From Heptranchias perlo (lineage: Eukaryota): a stretch of 64,000 nt of DNA. How positions within the stretch are numbered: the first letter of the stretch is position 1; every line of letters starts with the position of its first letter. The notes below the pieces were generated by a model. It was not told the DNA's origin, made no database searches, and saw only the letters and a list, made by a program, of their open reading frames with translations. Positions 26,581 through 40,100 of the stretch are shown piece by piece. A program made the position numbers and the translations under genes. Where the stretch lies: contig NC_090345.1 of the NCBI RefSeq assembly GCF_035084215.1, positions 25,048,001-25,112,000 of the forward strand, in the 5' to 3' direction.

Positions 26581-27869
26581 GTTCAGGTAGCTTTTGGAGA
26601 ATAGGGATGAACCCAAGTAAAATATTGACTGCATTTGTAACATTACCTTCACCCACTATCAATAAACTACAGGATCGGTGGTGGTAGCACTGCATGAATA
26701 GGAAGGGCTATTATTCTAGCGATGTACAGATGGTGTATCACACTGACAGGAACATTTTACATGTGAATGGATACCCACATCCTAAGGGAGCAGTTACATA
26801 TCAAGCTTTTCTCTAACGCTTCTTTCTTATGTAAATAGATGACATTGGTTTCAGTAAGCAGAACGTGTCCCTGACCATATCTCTTAGGAACCGAAATCTG
26901 AGTCTTTTACATTGTGCTGTACTTTGTTAGCACAGTCTGGGTCTAACAACTAACCCTCATTATGGTAGATTGCTTACTGAAGTTCAAGTGGGAGGCCATG
27001 CCATGGGCAAAAACTACTGATCATAGCCAAAGAAATAGATAAAATGCTATAATAGCACCAATAATAATTTCTAAGCTTTTATTCTCTCATCCCTGGTAAC
27101 ATTGTAATGAATCTATATTATGCCTTTTCATAGTTACAATATATTTTCTATACTGAGATGCCCAGAACTGCACACAGTTCTCCAACTATAGCATACATTT
27201 CATCGTTGTTCAGGCCTGACACATATTCACTTTCAATCTTCTTTTCCTCAAGTTCTAATCTGTAAGCATCTCCACATTACATAGTTTTAAATGATAAAAT
27301 CCTCCATGCCACTTCTTTCTATATCCTGTTCAACGCATCATTTGTTTGTCCAAGTATAGCCGCACTGATGATCTAGGCAAGGTTAGAGTAACATGTAATT
27401 AAATGGCCTCCAGCTGCATTCCAGCACTTCAATAGTCTTGTTGATAATATTAATTTGTTATGATCAGCAAATAGTTGCTAATCACACGCAAATATATTTC
27501 CTTTTCCCCTTTGTCAATAGACATTTTGTATATTGTGATATCTAAGAACTAACTGCAACAAATTTTCTTTCTCACAGCGTATTTGATACTTTTTATAACT
27601 ATTTCTCAATAAATGACAATGTTAATGAAGCACTTTACTGTAAAAGCAAACACAGAAATAGCAAGCATTAATCACTGACAGGTCCAAGTAACAAGTCTAT
27701 TCTTAAGTCACTTGGCATTAAAACATTGCTATTGATACATATGTTCCTTATTTTTTTTAATTCTGCCGATTCCACCATTTGCCATGTCTCCCAGTCAGTT
27801 GTAGGGTGATTGTTATGAAATGGTCAATATTATAGTCCATTATTACACCATGTACAGTGTGGGAAACAA

Positions 27870-28012
27870 GGTCAAAATCCTGGAACTCCCTTCCTAACAG
27901 CACTGCGGTTCAAGAAGGCGGCTCACCACCACCTTCTAAAGGGGAATTAGGGATGGGCAATAAAAGCCGGCCTCGCCAGCGACGCCCACATCCCATGAAC
28001 GAATAAAAAAAA
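27870..28012 (+). mobile_element. Short LINE/SINE 3' tail with poly(A)
   Basis: TGGAACTCCCTTCC...TTCAAGAAGGCGGCTCACCACCACCTTCT...CCCACATCCCATGAACGAATAAAAAAAA. Confidence 0.7.
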
Positions 28013-31000
28013 TTAAAGAAGGGTCAACAAGAAGCTTTTATTACTATAAACGACTAATAAAACATGTCCCTCATTTTTATTTTCATATTTATTTATATTT
28101 CAGGTTTGTTTATGTACTTTAATCTAGAAACTTTCTAACAGAAAGCATCTGCTATTGCAACGTTAATAGGCTTAAAATAGTTTTGTGTTTAATTATTTTA
28201 TATTTAATAATAATCCAATTAAGGGAAAAAATGTTGCGATAGAAAGATGTTGTATCTCAGGAGATGGCCACTTAATCATTAATCAAAAAGTTATGTGCTG
28301 AAAGCCCAGTCTTATTACCCAAAATCAGTTACTTCAGTAGGATTTTTAAAAAATCAGATCTGAACCAGACTGCTAAATGAATCACATGGAAGTAAGGCAT
28401 TTCATCACTCTGAAACAAAATAATATTATATGGCATGTTCCACCTTGAATTGTGTTTATTTGGAGCGAGACTGATGGTAAAAGCAAAAGGCCAGAGTTTT
28501 GTAAATGGAGAAAAAGGGACATCTGACAATATGTGCTATCCTGCAGTTACTTGCAGCTGACTTGAGTGTTATTTAAAGAGCAATGTACATAACCTCTAAG
28601 CTTTTCAGGGAGATTGGGAGGCCAAATGGTTAAAATAAATAACAAAAACTAGTAGAACATTTTCTTTAATCAAATTGGAGAAGGTGGGAAAGGTAATCCA
28701 TTCTTCTTGTTCTCAATTAAGGATATATTTAGCTTTAACCTAGTTAAAAATAATAAAATTGAAGAGCTGTAACATTAAACAACATTTATTAAATTGTCAT
28801 TAAAGATCCATTTCAGAGCAAAATTCATTTCTTACAATTAACAATTATTTTCTGCTTCAATTCGTTTTTAACCACTTATGTTACAAAACTGCTGCTGTAC
28901 AGTCACTATCATTTACTGATAGTTCTGATATTTGTTCTTCTCATTTGCACACTTGCACCATATGTATAAATATGTATTATATTGTATTATACATTGCTTA
29001 ATATGTTACAGGACCATTTACATCAATTTAAGACAGAAAAACATAAGCATGCAGTCATTTTGGATATCCATTCAATAATAAAACTTGAGGAAGTAAATAA
29101 ACAGTAATAATCAATTGTATTATATTGTACAATTACTGAAATTAAATGATCCACTACAACTGGATGATCTTTTGATATTGTAAGAACTCTTAGGAATTTA
29201 TGTGATTTTGAATAAATACTATTTTCCACGTGTTTCATTCACAGCACTTTGGTGCATTGGGAGCCCTTGTAAATGCTGATTTATTCCCAGGGATCCCCTG
29301 CAAATATTGACACACTCTTATAGACTCCCTTTCCTAACTTCCAAAAGAAATTAAGCAGAGGAAATCAGTGCTATATTAGCAGAAAATGTTTTTATTAGAA
29401 TACAGCAACAGAAGTAATGTGCTAGTATGTCAATAAATCAGAAAAATATAGAAATCTGATGACAAATGGACAAGAATATGTCTGCGGGAACCCCTCATGG
29501 ACCCCACTTTCAAAACCCATGGTGACCAATCCAATTTTGCCCTTAAAATAAATATCACAGTCTATAATAAAAACAATACATAAAATTATCTTACTTTTCC
29601 AGAGAAGTCAGATTTAAAAACCCACGAATCCCAGAGTTCAACAACAGCAGGTTCAGTAGCATTGTTCCTAATTTTAAATAGTCACTTATGTGTATTGTAT
29701 TTCTTCAAATGGCCAAGAAACATTTACTTATACCATTTTATGAAACTTGTCTGCAGTAAACATATTTATTAGTATCAGAAATATTCCCATTATTGATGTT
29801 GATATCATCACAAATATAAACACTAATGAAGACTTTATTATTACTGGAATTTCCCTTTCTTCGGTCTATTTATTTCAAGACTTCTATTGACACAGAGACA
29901 GGCATAATAACTTTTGGGAATACATTAAGCTTTCCAAGAATTTTAGTTACTTGATAAGTGACCTTAGCAGTAATCAGTGTCAATATATTGACTTGCACAT
30001 CTGATGGAAATTGTTCGTCTTCTATATAATTTCTCATCAACAGGATTTTTCTTAAAATTCAATCAATTAGTTTCCCTTTGCAGTCCCTTAGTCTGTTAAT
30101 TATTCCCAGATGAATTGTTTCCTGCAACTAAACTAGAATGAAGAGTTTTAAGGAGATTGATTTAAGAAAGCCACAATCAGCTTGCAGAGAGATGTTATAT
30201 ACTTTGTGATTTGAGACACCAGATCCCATTAGTCCATTAAGTATATTCCTCTGCTTCTTATTTGCTGCATGAAGAAAACTAGTGCTCAGATGATGCCTAT
30301 ACATGATACTAACTTAATTACATTGGAAGCACTAATTAATTCATTATTTTACAAGGGTCCAGAATAAATGGTTTCAACTGTACTGGAGGTTTAACTTCTC
30401 CAATAGTGTCCACACCAGCCTCCTGAGTTCCATCCTGCAAAAGCTAGAACTGATCCAAAACCTCCCCACCTACATCCTCCCCTGCACCAAGTCCCGCTCC
30501 TCTATCATCCTTGCTTGATTCCCCATGAATTCACTATAAAAAGCACATATTTTAGTTACATAGGCATTGATTTTATTGATAGTTTGGAGAGCGCATAAGT
30601 TAGCATCAATGTCAGTTAATCCGATAATTCTTTAAAGTTTACTTCCTGAGGTAACACTCAGGAAGTAAAGGATAAAACTCCTAATTTTTAATTTAAAATT
30701 ATTATCTAGGTTTGTCTTACTTCTATTGTAGATAGTTCTGTAAATTACAAGATTTTTGACTAAGTTTTAATGTTGTAATAGTACTGGCAGATCTCTCGTG
30801 GCATTGCTCATGTGTAATCTTGGGTCCAGAGCACACCTGTAATATTTAACGTGCTTTCATTCTGAACCAGGAAGCACAGAATAGAAGGGACAGGCAAGGA
30901 GTAGATTGCAGAACTATGAAATTAGGACAATAGAAAAGTAGCGTCTTGTTATGGTTTTCCTTCTATGGGAGAAGATTTCTGCTATTCGCTATCTACAGCA

Positions 31001-32261
31001 AAATTATAAACACATGTAGAAAAAACATATTTACAATTTTCACTTTTACAGCATCTTTGATGTGGAAAATGTCCCAAGGTTCAAGAAGAGAAAAGGGAGG
31101 GAATGGATACCAAGCAGCAGTAAGAAAAGGATTAGGGCAGGTGATTGCAAGCATGGTTAAAGAGATAGGTTTTGAAGACGCTTTTGAAGGTGGAAAGAGA
31201 TGTAGCAAGGTGGAGGCAGGACCAAGATGACTGAAGGCCTGGCACCGATGGTGCAGGGAGGGGAATTGCACAACAGACCAGAATCAGAAGAACTGTGTGT
31301 GCAAGCTAAAATATAGAGCTGGAGGAATACCAGAAAGCTCACTCTTATTTTCTTTAAAACATTGATTCAGTGCAGGTATAAACCCAGTTCCGACAACCTC
31401 CATTTTAGTTACGATGCAGTTTCGAAGATCCATGCCTTCCCCAAGCAGGGCCTGTGTTAGTAGGTTAGCTATTGCTTGTTATGAGGCAAAAGACTGCATG
31501 TTATTTACTACTGTTTGATAATGCTGAGGAATTGCAGAATTATGAAAACTTTTACCTGAATCTGATTTCCAATCAGAAGGGTGCATGTTAGCACAATATT
31601 TATCGTTTGTCCAATTAGAAAATCCAATATGTTTTTAAAGCGCCTGATCTTTTTCATGATTGACAGCAGGACTGATCATAAACAGACCATGCTGTGACTT
31701 CTTATTTGCAAGCTATACCTTCCCAGTTTGACCAGAAAAAGCTGCTCAATATAATCTGATGCATTATGGGTGTTGTAATCCACCAGAGTGACTTGCACAG
31801 AGTAACAATGGTGAATTCTGAGAGTTGTAGTCCATAAGAGTGACACACACAAAATGACATTCTTAGAGTTGTAGTCTGCAACCTGGTAGAATCGCTATAT
31901 CAATGGGAAGAGGATGAAACGTACCATAACTCATGTGTTAGGTCCCAGTGAGAAGGCTAGGCCTTTGGAAGAAATCATTGTTGCAAAGATTTCAAAGACA
32001 GAGAAGCCAGCTGTAAGGGTAAGTTTAGTGATTCTGTGGTGAATTATTTAATATTTTATGTATTTATGTATGTATTTAGAAATTGTATTTTAATATTTCC
32101 TCACATTACTGAGAAAGCATGATGTCAGCTAAAAGAATTTTCAAAAAATATTTTGAGTTTTAAACAACGGTGGAAGGTTTCTGCTGTTCCAAGTTCTTTG
32201 ATTTGTTTGGTAGCTCTTTTTTATTTTGCTGTATTCTTATTCTTTATTGGTAGTTTTCCTA

Positions 32262-32545
32262 CCTGTTTGCTCTCAGGTAGACATAGAAGATCCTATGGCA
32301 CTATTCGAGGAAGAGCAGAGAAATTCTCCCAGTGTTCTAGCCACCATTTTTCCTTCAACAAATACCACCAAAAATAGATTAACTGGTCATTTATCTCATT
32401 GCTATATGTATGTGGGACTTTGCTGTGCACAAATTGGCTGCCATGTTTGCCTACAAAACAACAGTGACAACACTTCAAATGTAATTAATTGTTTTGGGAC
32501 ATCCTGGGGATATGAAAGGCTATATAAATGCAACTCTTTCTTTTT
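32262..32545 (+). mobile_element. Deu-domain SINE, 3' half
   Basis: Homologous to 51117-51392. Confidence 0.8.
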
Positions 32546-34912
32546 TCTTTAGTAGCTTTTGAACCTGCTTTCGTACCTGTTCAGTAATATTGAGGCAATC
32601 GGCATTGTTCAATGATTTGTTGCTTTTTAATGAATATGATATTTGATCAAGCAAATGTGATGGACACTTTGCAAGTGTGATATTGTAATATGTATTGGAC
32701 AGTTTTCCCATGCACTACAAATGCATGCTAGATGCAAGATTTTTAAATATATTGGTACTTGAGCTTAGAAAATGACATTCTGCAAAGTTCATTTAGGCAA
32801 AAATAAAATTCCATTTAGGCCAGAAGGGAGTTTATGATGTTACAGTATAAAGTATGGGGTCGATTTAAATGCTGTACAGTGCTTTAATTAGGATAAGTTG
32901 CAAAAAAAGTATTTTAATTTTATACCCATCCAAACTAATTAATGATTATTGTATAATGTATCATGTCAATCCTTTTGCACTGGAAGATATATTTTTAAAG
33001 AAAAGAGTAAACCTTAAAAAAAATGCAGTAAATTGGAGAATTTATGTACTAAGTGGAGGTGCTTGATAGCTGCTGGTGCCATACTATATTGTACAGGTAA
33101 GCCTGACTGAACAATGTACATGTAATAAAGTCATGAGTGGGTTTTGTCTGGTCAGGCCCACAGTATGCCATATTTACCAGGGCGTACACCTTATACAATG
33201 AAAGTTTTGTAAAGTGTCAGTACTTTAATTGTATTTCAACTTTCTTTCACAGTGTACGTACTTTTTGAACCAAATTTTTATTGTAGGTAATCATTTCCAC
33301 TGATGTGAAGATATATCAGATACAATGCTGTGTTGTGGTCCTGTTGCTGTATCATGTTAAGTTTTTGTGATCTTGCAAGTTCTAGTGTTTACATTGTTTT
33401 ATGTGGAAAGTACTCTTCCCAGAAATTTGGATTGCATAAAGGCTGTTTCAGCTTCTCTTCAATTTCTATATTTTAGTAAAGACAGTATTCAGTCCTCAAC
33501 ATTGTTTTGAAATTATGTTTGAAATAGTTTAATTATGCACTTCCACTAGGTTCCTATTAATCTGCCATGGCTTTTAGAATTTATTTTTAAGGATTATTTT
33601 AAGCCAATAAGGATAAAATGGCAGTCAGAAAGTGCCTGTTTTTTCTCAACTTTATTATTGCATATTATTCTTCCATCTGAATAATTTAGAGTAGATGCAC
33701 AAACATGAACTATGTGTATTTGAAAGGTATGTGAAATTAAATACTATGAAACTGAAATTAAATAACATTAAAATCTCACTGTGAAGAATCAAATATTTAA
33801 ACTAATAAATTGAACAATATTGCAAGGTCCATGGCTTGGTATTTTTATAATTATTCCAGACTATCACAGATGTTATCTGCATTGAGGTGTCAGTTTGAAT
33901 AATTGACAAATATTTAACTGAGGTGAAGGATGAATAATCTGTAATTGGAGTTGGCAATGAGAAGCAACAGGGGTTGAAAATATCCCTTTCCCCGCACATT
34001 GAGCCTTATGGTGTACATATTTGTTTACCCGAGTTTCTATAACTCACAAGAATTCTGCAAACCATTTTGCTAATCCCTAGACAAAAATTCCATATTTCTT
34101 TGTTTACTTGTAATGGTGTTCTAAATTCTGTTATTACGTTATGTCCAAGTGTTTTTTTTTATCTGATCACCCATTGACTTGTCTTTCATTTTTGGTCACC
34201 TAAATCTGCGTGTTTGTGGCATTGGGTTCAGAAGACCTCCATACCTGATTAAGCTTAGGAATGTCCACAAATGGTTTCTATATGGCATCAATTCATTTTA
34301 ATTAATCAAAAGCTGCATCAAAATCTATGCATATTATCAGAAGTTATTTCAATCATGGAGGGAAATATCTTAAAGCAAATCTTTAGGAAAACACAATATG
34401 GTAATACTGTAACATCCACCAGGAGAAAAACAAATGTTGTGAAAATAAGTTGCTTCTATCCATGGATTATAAGTAGTGAACATTTAAAAGTTGTAGTAAC
34501 CCATTTTCCTAATCTTTTATTGGCCCAAACTGAAGTCTTTTAAAATTTGAACAAAATGCCCTATTTGACCAGAAAAAGTCAACCCAGTTTATGAAAATTA
34601 TTTATTTTTGTTGCTAAAGTTATTTACCTTTGTTGCAAAAAAAATGTTTTGAGCGTCAAAGCCAGATTCTCTTGAACATGTAGGACCAGTGGTACTTTTG
34701 TGAATTTATTAACCAAAGGTGGGCTCTTGGAAGAAGGAATACTGTGGAATCATTTTAATTAAAATGTATTCCATTGTTGCAGTAAAATCCATATAGCACC
34801 ATGGAATGTTTTCTACAGTGTAACCGTAACACTACATCTCGATGAGTCAGAATAACGTTAGCTACTTCCAGGTAACAGTTTCCTCTCCTGCTTTAATTTT
34901 TTTAAATATACG

Positions 34913-34918
34913 TTTATT
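34913..34918 (-). terminator. Candidate NKX1-2 polyadenylation signal AATAAA
   Basis: Minus-strand AATAAA about 700 bp past the stop codon. Confidence 0.4.
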
Positions 34919-35620
34919 ATCTCCAATAGCACACTCAGTACATGTCTTGGAATGAAAGTTATCCATCCTGCCCGTTTCGATACCCAATTGCTGTCATTTG
35001 CTACCGTGTATGTTCTTTCAGTTTAAAGAGCAGAACAGTCCACCATGGATTCCTGTAGATCTGCTGTTAACACTGGTCCTAAGGGATCAAAATCATTTAA
35101 TATAGATAATAGTAATGTGTCTACAAAGGTAGATTTTAAAGATATTGAGGGACAGAATATCATTACTTCAGTGCCCTTTTTAGCTCTTATGGACATTGGA
35201 CATGAAGGTGTAACTGGACTCTTAGTTTCATAATCTTAGAATCAGAATTTTGGACTCAACAATATTCCATAAGAACCCAAAAGAAGATATGTGTCTTCTG
35301 AATGGGTGTGATCCCGACAGGTTTGTTTGTTCTCCTTTTCAGATAGAGCAGCAGTATTTGTCTAGTAGCTTGTCTGCGACTCTCAGAAGTTGTCCATGTA
35401 AGGCTTTTAACTGGACTGACTGTTGAAGACAGGTTCTGAACTGTAGGCTACTACCGTTAGAGCAACTCTTATGAGTGAAGTGGCTGTGTAAATTATCATT
35501 AAATCGTTAAAAAGAAATGCACAAGATGGTTGTACAAAAATGGCAGCTCAAGGAAAAAGTATGTTGTCAGTATATTCCACATCAGTACTTATTATTTGAA
35601 AGAGACAATTTGTATAGTTT

Positions 35621-36268
<648 letters not shown>

Positions 36269-36664
36269 TCAGCCAGATAAGTTTTGGAATGCATGATGAC
36301 ACTATAATCTTTAACCACCTGTTTCCTCTGCTGCTTTATGGAAATATTCATGCATCCTATCATTATTGTGTTTAAAGCTGAATGTTATCTTAAAATAAGC
36401 CTAATGTACCATAAATCCTATTGTGTTTAAGGCTAGATAATCCTGTTTTTAATTTCAGAAGTTTTTTTTAATACTTCATGTTTTAAAAATCATAAAGGTT
36501 TCAGCCTTGTCAACAATATACATCAATCTTTTCTTTTAATCATAGATCTCTTGACTGCTCCCATATAACACAAGAAAGCTTCACATTGGAGTCTAGTAGA
36601 TTTTGTCACTGGACTAGAGATCAGGCTTCTAAAATGTTCCCACCTCAAACAAGACTGGAGAGTA

Positions 36665-37845
36665 GAATCATAGATTAATAAGAATCATAGAATGATTACA
36701 GCACAGAAGGAGGCCATTCGGCCCATCGAGCCACTAAGAGGAATCCAGTTAGTCCCGTTCCCTTGATCTTTCCCCGTAGCCCTGCAAATTTTTTCCCTTC
36801 AAGTATTTATCCAATTCCTTTTTGAAAGCCATGATTGAATCTGCTTCCACCACCCTTTCAGGCAATGCATTCCAGATCATAACTACTCGCTGTGTAAAAA
36901 AGGTTTCCCTCATGTCATGCTTTGGTTCTTTTGCCAATCACCTCAAATCTGTATCCTCTGGTTCGCGACCCTTCCGCCAATGGGAACAGTTTCTCTTTAT
37001 TTACTTTATCTAAACCCTTCATGATTTTGAACTCTTCTATCAAATCTCCTCTTAACCTTCTCTGCTCTAAGGAGAACCACCACAGCTTCTCCAGTCTATC
37101 CACGTAACTGAAGTCCCTCATCCCTGGAACCATTCAAGTAAATCTTTTCTACACTCTCTCTAAGGCCTTCACATCCTTCCTAAAGTGCGGTGCCCAGAAG
37201 TGGACACAATACTCCAGTTGTGGCCAAACCAGTGTTTTAGAAAGGTTCAACATAACTGCCTTGCTTTTGTACTCTATGCCTCTATTTATAAAGCCCATGA
37301 TCCTGTATGCTTTTCTAACTGCTTTCTCAACCTGTCCTGCCACATTCAAAGATTTGTGCACATATACCCCCAGGTCGCTCTGTTCCTGCACCCCTTTAAA
37401 ATTATACCATTTAGTTTATATTGCCTCTCCTCATTCTTCCTGCTAAAATGTATCACTTCGCACTTCTCTGCATTAAATTTCATCTGCCATGTGTCCGCCC
37501 ATTCTACCAGCCTGTCTATGTCCTCTTGAAGTCTATTACTATCCTCACTGTTTACTACACTTCCAAGTTTTGTGTCATCTGCAAATTTTGAAATTGTGCC
37601 CTGTACACCCAAGTCCAAGTCATTAATATATATCAAAAAAAGCAGTGGTCCTAGAACCGGCCCCTGGGCAACACCACTGTACACCTCCCTCCAGTCCGAA
37701 AAATAAACATTCACCACTACTCTCTGTTTCCCATCACTTAGCCAATTCCGTATCCATGCTGCCACTGCCCCTTTTATTCCATGGGCTGACAAGCCTATTA
37801 TGTGGCACTTTATCAAACGCCTTTTGAAAGTCCATTTACACAGAT
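36665..37845 (-). mobile_element. CR1 LINE 3' fragment, relatively young, in the NKX1-2 intron
   Basis: SGVAQGPVLGPLLFLIYINDL...KFADDTKLG, LEYCVHFWAP, EQRRLRGDLIE. Confidence 0.95.
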
Positions 37846-38083
37846 CAACTCTTTTTTAACAGAGTCGTAGCTGAGTAAAATAGAATCCCATCAAAAATGT
37901 TGTGAAGATTAACTCTACTATAAAGGAACTGGACAAATATCCAATTATGAAAGGGCATGCAGGCTATAGGGATAAGTATAAATATAGATGATCAAACACT
38001 ATACAATGCACAATTGCTCCAGTATTGTTCGAACTGTTATCTGTAGAAAGTAACACAGTTGATTTAATATTAGATTTAGACCT

Positions 38084-38721
38084 GGGGGTAGAAATTGGAC
38101 CTCATTGCTCCCTGAAATTGGCCCTCATTGCAAAGTCCTGCACCCAAACAGTGCCATGGGTATGGGCACCACTGTATTGGCATAGGCGGCTGCCCAGGCG
38201 CTCATGGCACACTCTTGAAACAGGTGTTAGGCCCCATATATATGTAAATGAAGGGCCCAGTGTCTGTTTCAGGACCCTTGCACTAAAATGGTGAGTAACG
38301 AGCAGAGCAGGCTCCGGGTCAACTCTGCTCAAGATTCTTCAGCAATCGCTGTGGCATAGGCAGCGACCGCCACCAAAAAGTAACTTTAAAAAAAAACGTT
38401 CCAGTAGAGCCAGAAGAAGCAGGAGTTCTCCTCCCAGCTCCAAGCACTCCTGAGGACCACTGCTGGCCTTAGATTGGCCCTCCTCCATTGTCCTTCCACT
38501 TCCCTCACAGTACTTACCTGAGGGCCACAGTTGGCGAGGCTGACAGTCTGAAATTAGAATGCTGGCAATGGGAAAGCTGCCTCTGGAGGCGCAACGAGCA
38601 CCGTCAGCTCACTCAAATTATTAAAATGAGGCCCAATTTCGGGTGAGTCTCGGGCCTCCCTGTTGGGGTGCGCGCCTTCGCTTATACACCTGAAAATGTG
38701 GTGTAACCAATTTTTCTCCCC
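38084..38721. mobile_element. MITE-like element in the NKX1-2 intron
   Basis: Imperfect TIR GGGGTAGAAATTGG / CCAATTTTTCTCCCC enclosing a GC-richer interior. Confidence 0.55.
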
Positions 38722-38994
38722 TGGAGCTTTTTCAATTGATTGTTTTGGAAGTCAGAGAGGAATTTTACCAAAGCACAGATTAGTTATGTTGTTTATTCAT
38801 CAGAAATAATTGTATTTTTTATACCACGCAAAAACATATATTTACGTACTCAGGTTGAGGTCTTTTTCAAAATTCTGTATTGTACTGTTATGGATTTTTG
38901 TGGAATGTTTCACAGCAAAATACATCAAGTTACAGTTCACTAACATTCTGTACAGCATTAGATTTTTAGTGTACATTTGGGCAGGATTCGGTTC

Positions 38995-40100
38995 ATGAGA
39001 TAGATATAGATAAAGAAGGCCATTCAGCCTAATTTAGCTCCTCCATCCAGACAGAAAAAAACTGCAGTCTCTCCATCACACCATTTAACTAAGTGATTTC
39101 AGAGTTTTTGCTTCCAGTATCCCACCTAGGAGTCCATTTCATATGTTAATCACTCTCGATATCAGCATTTCACTAATTTGAACCAGAGCCTCCTTGTCCT
39201 TATGTTAAGGTATAATTTGAAGTGGTGTTCAGCATTTCATTTTTCTACACCATTTAATATCTTATATACCTCTGTGAGTTCTGCTTTTAGCTGCTTCCTT
39301 TCAGGGCTGAAAGTTTTTCAGCTTTTCCTATAGTTCAGTCTTCTGATACTAGGGATCAGTCTCGTGGTTCTTTTCTGCATCGCCTGCAGGGCTTGAATAT
39401 CTACATTGTGTCTCTATGACTAGAACTGGACTCAAGGTATGGTCTGACTAGAACATGATACAATTTAACATTGCTTCTTCTGAATGTTCTCTACTGTTTT
39501 GGCTATACAGTTCAGCATTCTATTTGTTGCTCCACAGTTAATGGACATATTAAATGTTGAAGGTACAAAAACCTCTACACCTCTTTCAACTTCAGCCTCA
39601 GCTGTTTCAACATCATTCATCGATTATGTGTGTCACCAGTTTTTTCTGTCACCCATCTTCCTATGTGTAATATTTTACACTTGTCCATATTAAATTTTAT
39701 CTGCCACTCATCCATCCACTTACATATTTGATGTATCTCAAATCATAGGTCCCTGGCTGGCTTTTCAGATATGAACCTCCCTCCCACACCCAGTGTAGTA
39801 CCTCCACCACTCCCCCCCCCCCCCCCCCCCCAAGTTTGGTATCATCTGTGACTATGACCAGTTTGAACTTCTGAATCCAAATTGTTAATTTAAGGTAGAA
39901 ACAGTAAGGATCCCATAACTGACCCCTGAGGTACCGCACTCAACATTTCCCTTACCCCACCATCACTCTCATAGCAAATACTTGCTGCTTCTTACCCTTC
40001 AGCCAATTGCTTACCTATTCTCAAGTTTAACCATAACTTCCTAATGATCTCATGCAGAACTCTGTTAAAGGCTTTTTGGGTGGTTAGTTACACCACATCA
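38995..40100 (-). mobile_element. Old CR1 fragment containing a C20 run
   Basis: VPQGS-like and DDTKLG motifs; CR1 3' UTR. Confidence 0.75.

Noticed and set aside
39812-39831. C20 run giving a poly-Gly ORF or G-quadruplex
   Set aside because: A homopolymer expansion within a dead CR1; its length is error-prone.
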